DNA from: Candidatus Nitrospinota bacterium M3_3B_026
GTDB lineage: Bacteria; Nitrospinota_A; UBA7883; JBPRGF01
Direction: 5' to 3'
DNA: 64,000 nt
NCBI GenBank assembly: GCA_051418015.1
Contig: JBPRGF010000023.1
Span: 247,695 to 311,694, forward strand
Under the pieces are notes generated by a model. The model did no database searches, was not told where the DNA came from, and saw nothing but the letters and a program-made list of their open reading frames with translations. This document shows positions 9,060-18,381 of this stretch, one piece after another (position 1 is the first letter of the stretch; the number at the start of each line of letters is the position of its first letter). The position numbers and the translations under genes are program-made.

Positions 9060-9998
9060 ATGGCAAAAGACGGAATATCCGGCGCTTTCTCGAAAAAGTA
9101 CACTCTCATTTTCGTCCCGGACATCACGGGCAGGTTCATCAGGTTCTCCGTGCCGAAGTTTCTGGCCAAGGGTCTTCTGGCTTTCGGCCTGGTCTCGCTC
9201 GGGGTCTTCGGCTACTTCTCTTACACGGTGATCCAGAAAAGCGAGAATCTGGACGAGCTCGCCCGGTTGAGGCAAGCGGCGGCCGCCCAGAAGCTGGAGA
9301 TACAAAAGTTCCGCAAAAAGGTGAAACAGGTGGAGGTTCAGCTGGCCAGGCTGGAGAAGTTCGACAAGAAACTGCGGGTCATAACCTCACTCGAAAGCCA
9401 GGCGCCGGATTCCTCCGAGTACGGGACCGGCGGCCCCTATTACGATGATCCGGCTGGCGAGCTGTCCCCGGCGTCGAAATACACCGAGTCGCTCATGGAC
9501 GCCCTGAACAACGACCTGGGAAGGATAAAACAGAAAGCCAGGGCGCAAGAGATAAGCTTTTTCGAGTTGGACGAGTTCTTCAAGGAGCAGTCCTCGCTGC
9601 TGACCCACACGCCCTCCGTATGGCCGGCCCGCGGCTGGGTGACTTCCACCTTCGGCTACCGCAGGTCGCCTTTCACGGGCCTGAGGGAAATGCACGAGGG
9701 GATCGATATCGCCACGCAGCTCAAAGCGCCCGTCATCGCCCCGGCGAACGGGATCGTCATCCGTGTCGGGTTCCATCCGGGCTACGGAAAGCTCGTGGAG
9801 CTGGACCACGGCTACGGGGTGGTGACCAGGTACGGGCACAACTCCAAGAACCTCGTCGAACCGGGCCAGAAGATCAAGAGGGGCGAGATCATCGCCCTGG
9901 TTGGAAGCACCGGCAGGTCCACCGGGCCGCACCTGCACTACGAGGTGCTGCTCAACGGCGTCCCGGTCAACCCTTACAGATACATACTTGAAAACTAG
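9060..9998 (+). CDS. M23-family metallopeptidase with TM anchor and coiled coil
   Basis: HEGID, YGH and STGPHLHYEV zinc motifs. Alternative GTG start at 9009. Confidence 0.92.
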   Translation: MAKDGISGAFSKKYTLIFVPDITGRFIRFSVPKFLAKGLLAFGLVSLGVFGYFSYTVIQKSENLDELARLRQAAAAQKLEIQKFRKKVKQVEVQLARLEKFDKKLRVITSLESQAPDSSEYGTGGPYYDDPAGELSPASKYTESLMDALNNDLGRIKQKARAQEISFFELDEFFKEQSSLLTHTPSVWPARGWVTSTFGYRRSPFTGLREMHEGIDIATQLKAPVIAPANGIVIRVGFHPGYGKLVELDHGYGVVTRYGHNSKNLVEPGQKIKRGEIIALVGSTGRSTGPHLHYEVLLNGVPVNPYRYILEN

Positions 9999-10083
9999 CC
10001 TCCGGGCAAGACACCCCCGCAGGCGGCAAGGGCGCGCCGGGGCGGGGGGGCGAAGTTTCAGGCTCAACTGACTCCAGGCCGCT

Positions 10084-10659
10084 GTGTTGGAATTCAACCT
10101 GCCGAACAGGATCACGCTTTTCAGGATTTTCCTCGTCCCCGTCATCCTTGTCTTCCTAATATCCCCGTCGCTCTGGTCCTCCATCGTGGCCGCGCTCGTC
10201 TTCGGCCTGGCGGCGGCGACGGACTGGCTGGACGGCCACCTGGCCAGGGTCACGAACCAGGTTACGCTCCTCGGCAAGCTGCTCGACCCCATCGCCGACA
10301 AGCTCCTGATCGTCGCGGCCCTGGTCCCTCTCGTGGAGCTTGGCAGGGTGTCGGCGTGGATAGTGGCCGTTATCATCGGCAGGGAGCTGGCCGTCTCCGG
10401 GCTGCGCATAATCGCGTCGTCACAGGGGATACACATGGCCGCGGGCGTCTCGGGAAAATACAAGACAGTGACAGAGATCGTGGCGATCCTGTTTTTGATA
10501 CTCGACTTCAACGTCGTCTTCCACTACGCGGGGCAGATCGGGATATGGGCGGCGATGATCCTGTCCATAATCTCCGCCGCCGACTATTTCGCCCAGTTCT
10601 GGAGCAAGCTGTCGCCGGAGGACGTGAAAAGGCTCGATGACGCGGGGCTGGACGCCTGA
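10084..10659 (+). CDS. pgsA: CDP-diacylglycerol--glycerol-3-phosphate 3-phosphatidyltransferase
   Basis: NLPN.IT..R, TDWLDGHLAR...TLLGKLLDPIADK, GRELAVSGLR. Confidence 0.93.
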   Translation: MLEFNLPNRITLFRIFLVPVILVFLISPSLWSSIVAALVFGLAAATDWLDGHLARVTNQVTLLGKLLDPIADKLLIVAALVPLVELGRVSAWIVAVIIGRELAVSGLRIIASSQGIHMAAGVSGKYKTVTEIVAILFLILDFNVVFHYAGQIGIWAAMILSIISAADYFAQFWSKLSPEDVKRLDDAGLDA

Positions 10660-10754
10660 CGCCGGAGCGAAGCGATGTTGACTTTGCCAGACCCCGGCAT
10701 TAACCTTTCCTGGAAAAGATCCTAATCCTCGAAAAAAGGCGCTCTCGAAGACAT

Positions 10755-11783
10755 ATGACACAGACAATGACCACCGGCCCGGCCGCGGACACGGCGGATT
10801 TCATATCGGGCGTTGAACGGAAAGCCCTGGCGGACGAGCCGCTGACCTGGGACGAGGCGGCGCGCCTGGCCCGCCTGGACACGGCGCATATATACGACCT
10901 CATCGCCGCCGCGAACAGGATCCGGCGCAGGCACAAGGGCGACGAGGTGTCGCTTTGCGCCATCATAAACGCAAAGTCCGGCCGATGCCCGGAGGACTGC
11001 GCCTTTTGCTCCCAGTCCGTCAGGGCGAAATCCGGCGCGCCGGTCTTCGATCTTCTTCCGCCCGGGAAGATAGTGGACGGCGCCCGGGAGGCGCTGGCCG
11101 CGGGGGCGCGCAAGTTCGGGATCGTCACCTCCGGCTACGGCTACTCCGCCAGCGGCGGCGGCCCGGAGATAGACTCCATAACGAAAGCCCTGGACGGGAT
11201 GAGACGCGGCGTGCCGATCCACCGGTGCGCGAGCCTGGGGATCATCGACCATGAGACGGCCGAGAGGCTCCGGAACGCCGGGCTGCAGGAATACCACCAC
11301 AACCTGGAGACGGCGAGGTCCTTCTTTCCGCAAGTATGCTCCACCCACGACTATGAAGAAGACGTAGCGACGATAAGAGCGGTGAAGGCCGCCGGGCTGC
11401 GCGCTTGCTGTGGAGGGGTCTTTGGGATGGGAGAGAGCCCGGAGCAGCGCGTGGAGCTGGCTTTCACGTTGAGAGATCTGGACGTGGACTCCATCCCTCT
11501 CAACTTCCTGACGCCCATCAAAGGCACAAGGCTTGAGGACACGGAGCCATTGCCGCCGCTTGAGATATTGAAAATCATCGCGATGTACAGGATGATCCTG
11601 CCGACGAAGGACATAAAAGTGGCCGGGGGGAGGGAGAAAAACCTGCGCGACCTGCAGTGCCTCATTTTCGCCGCCGGGGCGAACTCCACGATGGTCGGAG
11701 ACTACCTGACCACGCAGGGAAGGAGCGCCGGGGACGACCTCAGGATGATCGCCGACCTCGGGCTTTCCGTCCGGGAGGAATGA
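10755..11783 (+). CDS. bioB: Biotin synthase
   Basis: NAKSGRCPEDCAFCSQS, YHHNLET, SIPLNFL.PIKGT, AGANS, GDYLTT. Confidence 0.95.
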   Translation: MTQTMTTGPAADTADFISGVERKALADEPLTWDEAARLARLDTAHIYDLIAAANRIRRRHKGDEVSLCAIINAKSGRCPEDCAFCSQSVRAKSGAPVFDLLPPGKIVDGAREALAAGARKFGIVTSGYGYSASGGGPEIDSITKALDGMRRGVPIHRCASLGIIDHETAERLRNAGLQEYHHNLETARSFFPQVCSTHDYEEDVATIRAVKAAGLRACCGGVFGMGESPEQRVELAFTLRDLDVDSIPLNFLTPIKGTRLEDTEPLPPLEILKIIAMYRMILPTKDIKVAGGREKNLRDLQCLIFAAGANSTMVGDYLTTQGRSAGDDLRMIADLGLSVREE

Positions 11784-11802
11784 ACCCTCCCGGGGCCGCG
11801 CC

Positions 11803-12969
11803 ATGACCTTCGACGATGCCCTGGACCGCGCCCGCGATACCGGGCGTCTCAGGTCGTTAAGAGTCCTGGACGGCGCGTCCGGGCGGACGGCGGTTATGGA
11901 CGGCCGGGAGGTTGTTCTCTTCTCGTCAAACGACTACCTGGGCCTTTCGGGCCATCCGAGGGTCAGGGAGGCCGCCGTGGCGGCGATCGAAAAAAGCGGC
12001 TGGGGCGCCGGCGCCTCGCGGCTGATCTCCGGGACAAGGCGGGCCCACACCGAGTTCGAGGAAAAGATCGCCGGCTGGCTCGGCAAATCCGCCGCGCTGT
12101 TTTTCAGCTCCGGCTACGCCGCCAACGTGGGGCTGCTCACCGCCCTTCTCGGCAAGGGCGACGAGGTCTTCGCCGACAGGCTCTGCCACGCCAGCATACT
12201 GGATGGGGCGCGATTCTCCGGGGCGCGGCTCTTCAGGTTCGCCCACAACGATCCGGACTCGCTCGAAAGGTCGCTGGCGAAGAGCGCCGGGCGCGGGATG
12301 AGACTGGTGGTGACGGAGGGGGTCTTTTCGATGGACGGCGACATCGCGCCCCTTCGCCCGATAGCGGAAATCGCTAAAAAACACGGCGCGGCGCTGATGG
12401 TCGACGACGCCCACGGAGTCGGACTGTTCGGATCCGGGGGACGCGGGACCGTGAGCGAGGCGGGCGTTTCGGACGTTGTGGACATACACGTAGCGCCGCT
12501 GGGGAAGGCCATGGGAGGCGCTGGCGCCGCCGTCCTGGGATCGCGAAGGCTGATCGACGGCCTTGTGAATTTCTCCCGTTCTTTCATTTACTCGACCGCC
12601 CCGCCTCCCGCCGCCGCGGCCGCCGCCTCCGCGGCGATCGACATAGTCTCCGGCGAGGAGGGGGACAGGCTGCGTGAGGCGCTTTTTTCAAACGCGGCGC
12701 GGGCGCGCGATGGGCTGCGGCGGCTGGGATACGACACCGGCGGCTCCGCATCGCAGATAACTCCCGTAATCATCGGCCCCGGCGCGGCCGTGACGGAGCT
12801 TGGGGAGCGCCTGTTCGATGGCGGGCTCTTCGTCCCGGCTATAAGACCGCCCACGGTCCCGGAGGGCTCGGCGCGGCTCCGTGTCTCGATAACATCCGGC
12901 CATACGGAAAAAGACTTGGAAAAACTGCTGGAACTGTTTAAAATTTCCAGAAGTGGTAAAAATTTTTAA
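11803..12969 (+). CDS. bioF: 8-amino-7-oxononanoate synthase
   Basis: FSSNDYLGL, GAGASRLISG, HASILDG, FSMDGD, DDAHG, LGKAMG (PLP lysine), IRPPTVP; directly after bioB. Confidence 0.93.
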   Translation: MTFDDALDRARDTGRLRSLRVLDGASGRTAVMDGREVVLFSSNDYLGLSGHPRVREAAVAAIEKSGWGAGASRLISGTRRAHTEFEEKIAGWLGKSAALFFSSGYAANVGLLTALLGKGDEVFADRLCHASILDGARFSGARLFRFAHNDPDSLERSLAKSAGRGMRLVVTEGVFSMDGDIAPLRPIAEIAKKHGAALMVDDAHGVGLFGSGGRGTVSEAGVSDVVDIHVAPLGKAMGGAGAAVLGSRRLIDGLVNFSRSFIYSTAPPPAAAAAASAAIDIVSGEEGDRLREALFSNAARARDGLRRLGYDTGGSASQITPVIIGPGAAVTELGERLFDGGLFVPAIRPPTVPEGSARLRVSITSGHTEKDLEKLLELFKISRSGKNF

Positions 12970-12977
12970 GTGGAGAT

Positions 12978-13898
12978 ATGTCCGCGCCCAAACAAAAATC
13001 CAAGATGACGATCCTGGTGGCCGATCCGGACGAGACCAGCCGAAACGTTGTCTCCATCATGCTCCACAAGCTCGGCTACCGCGAGATCATGGAAGCCGTG
13101 GACAAGGGCGAGGCGGACGAAGTGATCGCAAGGCTCACCAGGGACAACTCCGGCATGGCCGGCCTCCTGGGAAGCAGCGCCCCGGGAGAGACCGTTGATC
13201 TTGACCTCCTGATCCTGGACGCCGGCTTCTCCCCCGCCGGGGGGGCGGCGTACCTTTCCGGCCTGCGAAAGAGGTTCAAACCCGATGAGTTGCCAGTCCT
13301 GGCCATCGGCTCCAAAGACGCGGAGAGCCGCCTCGCCGAGACCCTCGACGCCGGGGCGAACCATACTTTGCAAAAACCGTTCAGCAGGGATTCGCTGAGA
13401 GCGGCGCTCGACTCCCTGCTTGTCCCTGGCGGGGCGCCGGTAATACGCTCATTCAGCTTCGCGCAACCCCGGCAGGAGCAGAAACGGGAAAAACCGAGGA
13501 ACTCGCCCGCTGCGGGGGACAGGCCGGCTTCCACGGCGCCGCCGAAAGCGCTGATGGCGGAAAGGACCGCGAGCGGCGGAGCGTCTTTTCACTCACGCCA
13601 GAGAGCCCAGAAGGGCTACTCCACCGATAGCGAGCCCACGGCGGTTCTCATCGACGGAAAGATCGACGGCCATTATCACGAGAAGGTGGACGTTATCGGC
13701 GGAGGGGTGAACTGCTTCTGGGCGAGAAAGGTTGACGAAGAGGAGATCGTCCGGCTGGAGTACATCTCCGCCAGGGGCAGGCCCACGGGGATGGTGGCCA
13801 AGGACGTCTCGCTGGAGCGGTTCATGTACACCTTCCACCTGTGCGACGAGGGAAACTGCCCGATCCTGTCCAGGCTGGCCGAGGAGAAGAGGACCTGA
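12978..13898 (+). CDS. Response-regulator receiver domain fused to a linker and an unknown His/Cys-containing C-terminal domain
   Basis: ILVADPD, LLILD, LPVL, GAN.TLQKPF receiver motifs; SD GTGGAG; C-terminus not recognised. Confidence 0.8.
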   Translation: MSAPKQKSKMTILVADPDETSRNVVSIMLHKLGYREIMEAVDKGEADEVIARLTRDNSGMAGLLGSSAPGETVDLDLLILDAGFSPAGGAAYLSGLRKRFKPDELPVLAIGSKDAESRLAETLDAGANHTLQKPFSRDSLRAALDSLLVPGGAPVIRSFSFAQPRQEQKREKPRNSPAAGDRPASTAPPKALMAERTASGGASFHSRQRAQKGYSTDSEPTAVLIDGKIDGHYHEKVDVIGGGVNCFWARKVDEEEIVRLEYISARGRPTGMVAKDVSLERFMYTFHLCDEGNCPILSRLAEEKRT

Positions 13899-13913
13899 GA
13901 AACCGGGGCGGCG

Positions 13914-14375
13914 TCAGCTCTCTTCCTTTATTATCGCCCGCAGCACGTCCGACCGGTCTATAACTCCCGCGAGCCTCTCCCCGTCCATGACCGGCAGAAA
14001 ATGCTTCCGCCGCTCGGACATTATGGTGGCGATATCCTCAAGGGTCGCGTCCACGTCCACGGTCACGGGGTCCATGCTCATTATGTCCCCCACGGTTGTC
14101 GCGGACATCTTCCTGAGCTCTTTTTCCGTCTCGCCCCTTCCGCTCAAGGGCAGCACCCAATCGAAGATGGTTATGACGGTGGGCAGGTGGATGTTTTTAT
14201 GCCTGTCGATGAGGTCTCCCTCCGTGACCACCCCGACGACTCCCCCCCCCTCATCATCCAGCACGACGGCTCCGGAGCGGCTGCTTTTCTCCAGGGCCGC
14301 GGCGAACTCGCCCACCGCCGTCGCGGGCGTCACCGCAAGAAAATCCCTGGACATTATCTGTTTCGCCGTGGGCAT
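13914..14375 (-). CDS. Tandem CBS-domain protein
   Basis: AKQIMS, VVGVVTEGDL, VGDIMS.DPVTV, LPVMD...LAGVI.RSD. Confidence 0.9.
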   Translation of the reverse strand: MPTAKQIMSRDFLAVTPATAVGEFAAALEKSSRSGAVVLDDEGGGVVGVVTEGDLIDRHKNIHLPTVITIFDWVLPLSGRGETEKELRKMSATTVGDIMSMDPVTVDVDATLEDIATIMSERRKHFLPVMDGERLAGVIDRSDVLRAIIKEES

Positions 14376-14472
14376 ATCGTCCTCCCTGTTATCGGTCCGC
14401 GCCGGGCTGGCGCCGATTTAAATATATCCGCCGGGAGCCTTGCGGTCAATGGCGGCTGGAGAACGATTTTTC

Positions 14473-14502
14473 TCGACAAAGGGATCTGAAGCGGGCTATG
14501 CT
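14473..14502 (+). promoter_or_regulatory. Putative sigma70 promoter for the RRM gene
   Basis: TCGACA-18 nt-TATGCT. Confidence 0.4.
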
Positions 14503-14660
14503 AAAGGTGTTATTAGAGTGGCTTGAAGATTGGCGGGTTTTGGCCGAATCGGACGGATATCATTTCTTCCTTTTCTCTCCAAATCGCAGGCCACGGCGCG
14601 TGTTGCGCCGTGGCGCCGCGCTCGAGCCTGATTCACTTTTAGGAAGGAAAGACCAGGATC

Positions 14661-14927
14661 ATGAACATTTACGTTGGAAACCTCCCATTCTCCGCCACCG
14701 AAGAAGAACTGCGGAAACTTTTCGAGCCGTTTGGAGAGATTATCTCACTCAAGCTCATCACCGACCGTGAGACCGGCAGGCCGCGCGGCTTCGGCTTTGT
14801 CGAAATGGACAACGCTGACGCCGACGCCGCCATCAAGGAGCTCAACAACACCGAGATGGACGGCCGTCTTCTCAAGGTCAACCAGTCCCAGCCCCGCAAA
14901 TCGTCCCCGGCAAAGAGACGCTGGTAA
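14661..14927 (+). CDS. RRM (RNP-1/RNP-2) RNA-binding protein
   Basis: IYVGNL (RNP2), RGFGFVEM (RNP1), DRETGR. Confidence 0.95.
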   Translation: MNIYVGNLPFSATEEELRKLFEPFGEIISLKLITDRETGRPRGFGFVEMDNADADAAIKELNNTEMDGRLLKVNQSQPRKSSPAKRRW

Positions 14928-14944
14928 CCATTCACGCGGATGTT

Positions 14945-14974
14945 CCGTGAGCCCGGCGCCGCCGGGTCTCACGG
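14945..14974. terminator. Strong hairpin between convergent RRM and acyltransferase genes
   Basis: CCGTGAG-CCCGGC-GCC-GCCGGG-T-CTCACGG; no U-tract, so function is uncertain. Confidence 0.4.
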
Positions 14975-15022
14975 CCGTCTCGCATCGGCCGCCTCCGGCG
15001 GCCGCGGAATTCGCAAGGGCCT

Positions 15023-15733
15023 TTACATGTAAAGGCCCTTGTTTTTTTCCTTCAACTCCGCGATGGCGCGCATTATCTCGTCGGCGATGGCCTGCGAGGT
15101 CTTTTTCGTGTCTGGCGCCTCATAAAATCTCGAAAGATCCAGGGGCTCGCCGAAAACCACGGTGTAAGGTATCCCAAACCACGGCCGGGGCCTGCCGGGC
15201 CAAAAATATTTGTCCGTGTTTATGACGAGTGTGGGGACCACCTTCGGCCTCGCCCAGTAGACTATCCACCCCACGCCGGACCTGCCCCGCAGAAGCTCCC
15301 CCGTCCTGCTCCTCGTCCCCTCCGGGAATATCATCACGTGGTAGTTCTTCGCGTAACAGGCGATCCTTTTCATGGACTCGACGTCCCTCGCGCCCCGTTT
15401 CACGGGGAAACTCGCCCACAGCTTCAGGATCGTCCTAAGGACAGGGACCTTGAAAAGCTCCTCCTTGGCCGGGGAAAACAGCGGCATCAGGGAGAAGCGG
15501 CGGATGGCCAGCGCCGGGATCAGAACGGTGTCCACCCCGGAGACATGGTTGGAGGCGATGACCACCCCCCCCTCCTTCGGGATGTTCTCCCGCCCTATGG
15601 CCCGGGAGCGGTTCAAGACCTTGTAGAAAAAATCCACGAAGGGGTAGGAGAAAAGCCGAGCGATGAAAAACCCGACCTTTTTCGCCGTGGATACCTCGTA
15701 CTTTTTCTCCTCTCCGGGCTCGAATGGTATCAT
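15023..15733 (-). CDS. 1-acyl-sn-glycerol-3-phosphate acyltransferase (PlsC family)
   Basis: NHVSGVD (HX4D), AKEELF, FPVKRG, FPEGTRS. Confidence 0.92.
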   Translation of the reverse strand: MIPFEPGEEKKYEVSTAKKVGFFIARLFSYPFVDFFYKVLNRSRAIGRENIPKEGGVVIASNHVSGVDTVLIPALAIRRFSLMPLFSPAKEELFKVPVLRTILKLWASFPVKRGARDVESMKRIACYAKNYHVMIFPEGTRSRTGELLRGRSGVGWIVYWARPKVVPTLVINTDKYFWPGRPRPWFGIPYTVVFGEPLDLSRFYEAPDTKKTSQAIADEIMRAIAELKEKNKGLYM

Positions 15734-15785
15734 CGGGCGGTCTCCATGGCGCCGGAGGGCGGGGGTTTCCTTGAAACGCGGCTCA

Positions 15786-16211
15786 TCATCCTATGCGTCC
15801 GTAGGTGTCCACGTCCCCGCTGGTCCACCGGGCGGTCATATCATTTCCGTCGCCTGAGACATAGACATCCGCCGTCTCGACCTCCCCTTTCTCTATTCCG
15901 AGGCAGCCACCGCCCTCCGCCGCGAAGATGGTTATCGCGTCCCCGGAGTAGGAGACATACCCGGAAACGGAGCAGCTTTCACCTCGCAGGGTGAGGCTCT
16001 CCAGGATAAATGAGGCGGACGACAGGTCAAGGTGGATGTATGCGTACCCCATGTCCCGAACGTTCACGCCGTTTCTCTGCCGCAGTTCCCAAAGGCCCTC
16101 CCAGGCGGGAGTCTCCCCGCCGCCGGATCCTCCGCCGCAGGCCGGAGCGAGAAAAAAGCAGGCGGCAAGCAACGCTGCGGCAAGCCTTCTTACGCTCTCT
16201 TTCATTTCCAT
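15786..16211 (-). CDS. Hypothetical lipoprotein, possibly a lipocalin-like beta protein
   Basis: Signal peptide ending LAPAC, Gly linker, EGLWEL motif, two further Cys; SD GGAGG. Confidence 0.7.
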   Translation of the reverse strand: MEMKESVRRLAAALLAACFFLAPACGGGSGGGETPAWEGLWELRQRNGVNVRDMGYAYIHLDLSSASFILESLTLRGESCSVSGYVSYSGDAITIFAAEGGGCLGIEKGEVETADVYVSGDGNDMTARWTSGDVDTYGRIG

Positions 16212-16260
16212 GCCTCCGCGTCAGGGGGAAACGCGCCCGCTCCTTCCCATGACACACTCA

Positions 16261-17391
16261 TCAATCCGGGCCGAAACACCGGTACGGCGCCTCCATCGAG
16301 TAGTCTTCTACTATCTCGTCGTAGTCGTCGAACCAGTAAGCCCGCGGGTTGCTCTTGAAGACCATGAAACGCGCCTTCTCCCGCGGCTCGGCGGCCCTGT
16401 GGTAGCGGAAATAGGCCTTGCCGTCCGTCTTGCCTGCCATCTCTATCTTGCCCGTGGCGTGGGACATGACGAACCTCGCCCGCTTGGCCGTCCCGGAACA
16501 GAGCATCCTGGCCTTCTCGAAGATGTCGAACCCCTCCTCGACGGGGATGACGAACGCCCTGGTACCCAGTGTGGGCCGAAGCTGGAACAGGTAGTACGGG
16601 GGGACGCCGACGTAGGACAGCTCGTTGAAAAGCTCCCCCAGGACGAAGGGGTCGTCGTTCACTCCCCTTAAAAGCGGCGTTTGGTTGCAGGTGACCACGC
16701 CGGCTTTGGCTATCCTGGTCATAGCCTCGCGCGCCTCGGGCGTAAGCTCCCGGGGATGGTTGAAATGCGCCATCAGGTACAGCTTCCTGTCGTTGTCGCA
16801 GTGGCGCTCGAACATCTCGAGGAGCGCCGGGTCGTCGAGTATCCGGAAGGGGTTGAAGGCGGGCATCTTGGACCCAATCCTGATGATCTTCACGTGGTCT
16901 ATCCGGCGCAGCTCGCTTATTATGGCGTCCAGCCTCGCCGTGGACAGAAGCAGCGGGTCGCCGCCGGTCAGCAGTATGTTGTTCAGCTCCTTCGCGCCCC
17001 TGATGTACTCGATCCCCTCGGAGACATCCTTCGAGACCTCGTCGGCGCCGTCCATGAAAAGCCGCTTGCGGAAGCAGAACCTGCAGTAGCCGCCGCAGAC
17101 GTCGTTCACGAGCAGGAGCGCGGTGTAGGTGTACTTGTGCTGCAGGCCGGGGACGATGGTGTAAGACTCCTCGTCGGAGGCGTCCAGCCTGCCGTAGGCG
17201 TCCAGCTCCGCCGTGTCGGGTATTATTATCTTCCTGATGGGGTCGCCGGGGTCGTCCCAATCTATGAGGGAGTTGTAATAGTCGTTGGTCCTGAAGGCGA
17301 ACTTCTCCACCACCGGCCCGAGCTTTTCCCCCTGTCCGGCGGGAAGGCCCTCGACCTTCTTGATGTCCTTGATATACGTGACTTTTCCCAC
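16261..17391 (-). CDS. KamA-family radical SAM aminomutase-like protein
   Basis: GLQHKY, CGGYCRFCFRKR, LTGGDPL, IRIGS, HFNHPREL, NQTPLLRGVND, PYYLFQ. Confidence 0.92.
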   Translation of the reverse strand: MGKVTYIKDIKKVEGLPAGQGEKLGPVVEKFAFRTNDYYNSLIDWDDPGDPIRKIIIPDTAELDAYGRLDASDEESYTIVPGLQHKYTYTALLLVNDVCGGYCRFCFRKRLFMDGADEVSKDVSEGIEYIRGAKELNNILLTGGDPLLLSTARLDAIISELRRIDHVKIIRIGSKMPAFNPFRILDDPALLEMFERHCDNDRKLYLMAHFNHPRELTPEAREAMTRIAKAGVVTCNQTPLLRGVNDDPFVLGELFNELSYVGVPPYYLFQLRPTLGTRAFVIPVEEGFDIFEKARMLCSGTAKRARFVMSHATGKIEMAGKTDGKAYFRYHRAAEPREKARFMVFKSNPRAYWFDDYDEIVEDYSMEAPYRCFGPD

Positions 17392-17445
17392 AACCCTCTC
17401 CCTTTGAAAGCGGTATTAAAGTATAGACGGGACGGGACGGTCTCT

Positions 17446-18381
17446 TCAACCTTCCCCGCCGCCAAGATACGGCGACGGGTCGCCGCCGAGGGCGCGGATA
17501 AGGCTTTCCATGTCGGCGGGGATGGGTGAGCGAAGCTCCACCTCCTTTCCAGTCCGGGGATGGACGAACCTGATCTTCCAGGCGTGCAGGGCCTGGCGTT
17601 TTATGGGGAGCCTGTTTTTCCCCCTGGAATAGACCGGATCGCCCGCCACGGGGCAGTTTATGTGGAGCATGTGGACGCGGATCTGGTGCGTCCGCCCCGT
17701 CATCAGGGAGACCTCCACCACGCTGGCCCCCGAAAGCCTCTGGGCGACCCTGTACCGCGACACCGCCCTGCGCCCGCCCTCTTTCAGCGTGGCCATCTTC
17801 TTCCTGTCCCTCGGGTGGCGCCCGATGAGGGTGTCGATGACCCCTTCGTCCTCCCTCGGCGCGCCCTTGACCACGGCGACGTATGTCCTGGACATCGTCC
17901 GCTCCTTGAGCTGGGAGGAGAGGGAGAGGCTGGCCTTGTCGTTCTTCGCGGCGATGATGACGCCGGAGGTGTCCTTGTCGAGCCGGTGGACTATCCCCGG
18001 CCGCGCTGCCCCGCCCACGCTGGAAAGCCCGCCGCAATGGGCCAGGAGGGCGTTCACCAGCGTCCCGCCGCGATGCCCCGCCGCGGGGCTCACCACCATC
18101 CCCGGCGGCTTGTTCACCACTATTACGTCGCCGTCTTCGTATACCACGTCCAATGGGATATCTTCGGGGACGGCTTTTTCGGGGGGAGCGGGGGGTGGGA
18201 TGAAAACCTCTATCTCGTCGGCTTCCCTGACCTTCTCGGAGGCGGAGTGGACCGTCTCTCCGTTGCGCTTCACGAACCCGTCCGCGATGAGCTTCTGGGC
18301 GCGGGAGCGGGTGAGGCTAAGCCCGGCCCCGGCCAGGAACCTGTCTATCCTCTGTCCGGCGCTCTCGGCCCCGACGATCAT
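17446..18381 (-). CDS. rluD: 23S rRNA pseudouridine synthase (RluA/RluD family, S4 domain)
   Basis: RIDRFLA, YEDGDVIVVNKP, RPGIVHRLDKDTSG, TGRTHQIRVH, RQALHA. Start ATG 18381 overlaps the lgt stop. Confidence 0.9.
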   Translation of the reverse strand: MIVGAESAGQRIDRFLAGAGLSLTRSRAQKLIADGFVKRNGETVHSASEKVREADEIEVFIPPPAPPEKAVPEDIPLDVVYEDGDVIVVNKPPGMVVSPAAGHRGGTLVNALLAHCGGLSSVGGAARPGIVHRLDKDTSGVIIAAKNDKASLSLSSQLKERTMSRTYVAVVKGAPREDEGVIDTLIGRHPRDRKKMATLKEGGRRAVSRYRVAQRLSGASVVEVSLMTGRTHQIRVHMLHINCPVAGDPVYSRGKNRLPIKRQALHAWKIRFVHPRTGKEVELRSPIPADMESLIRALGGDPSPYLGGGEG

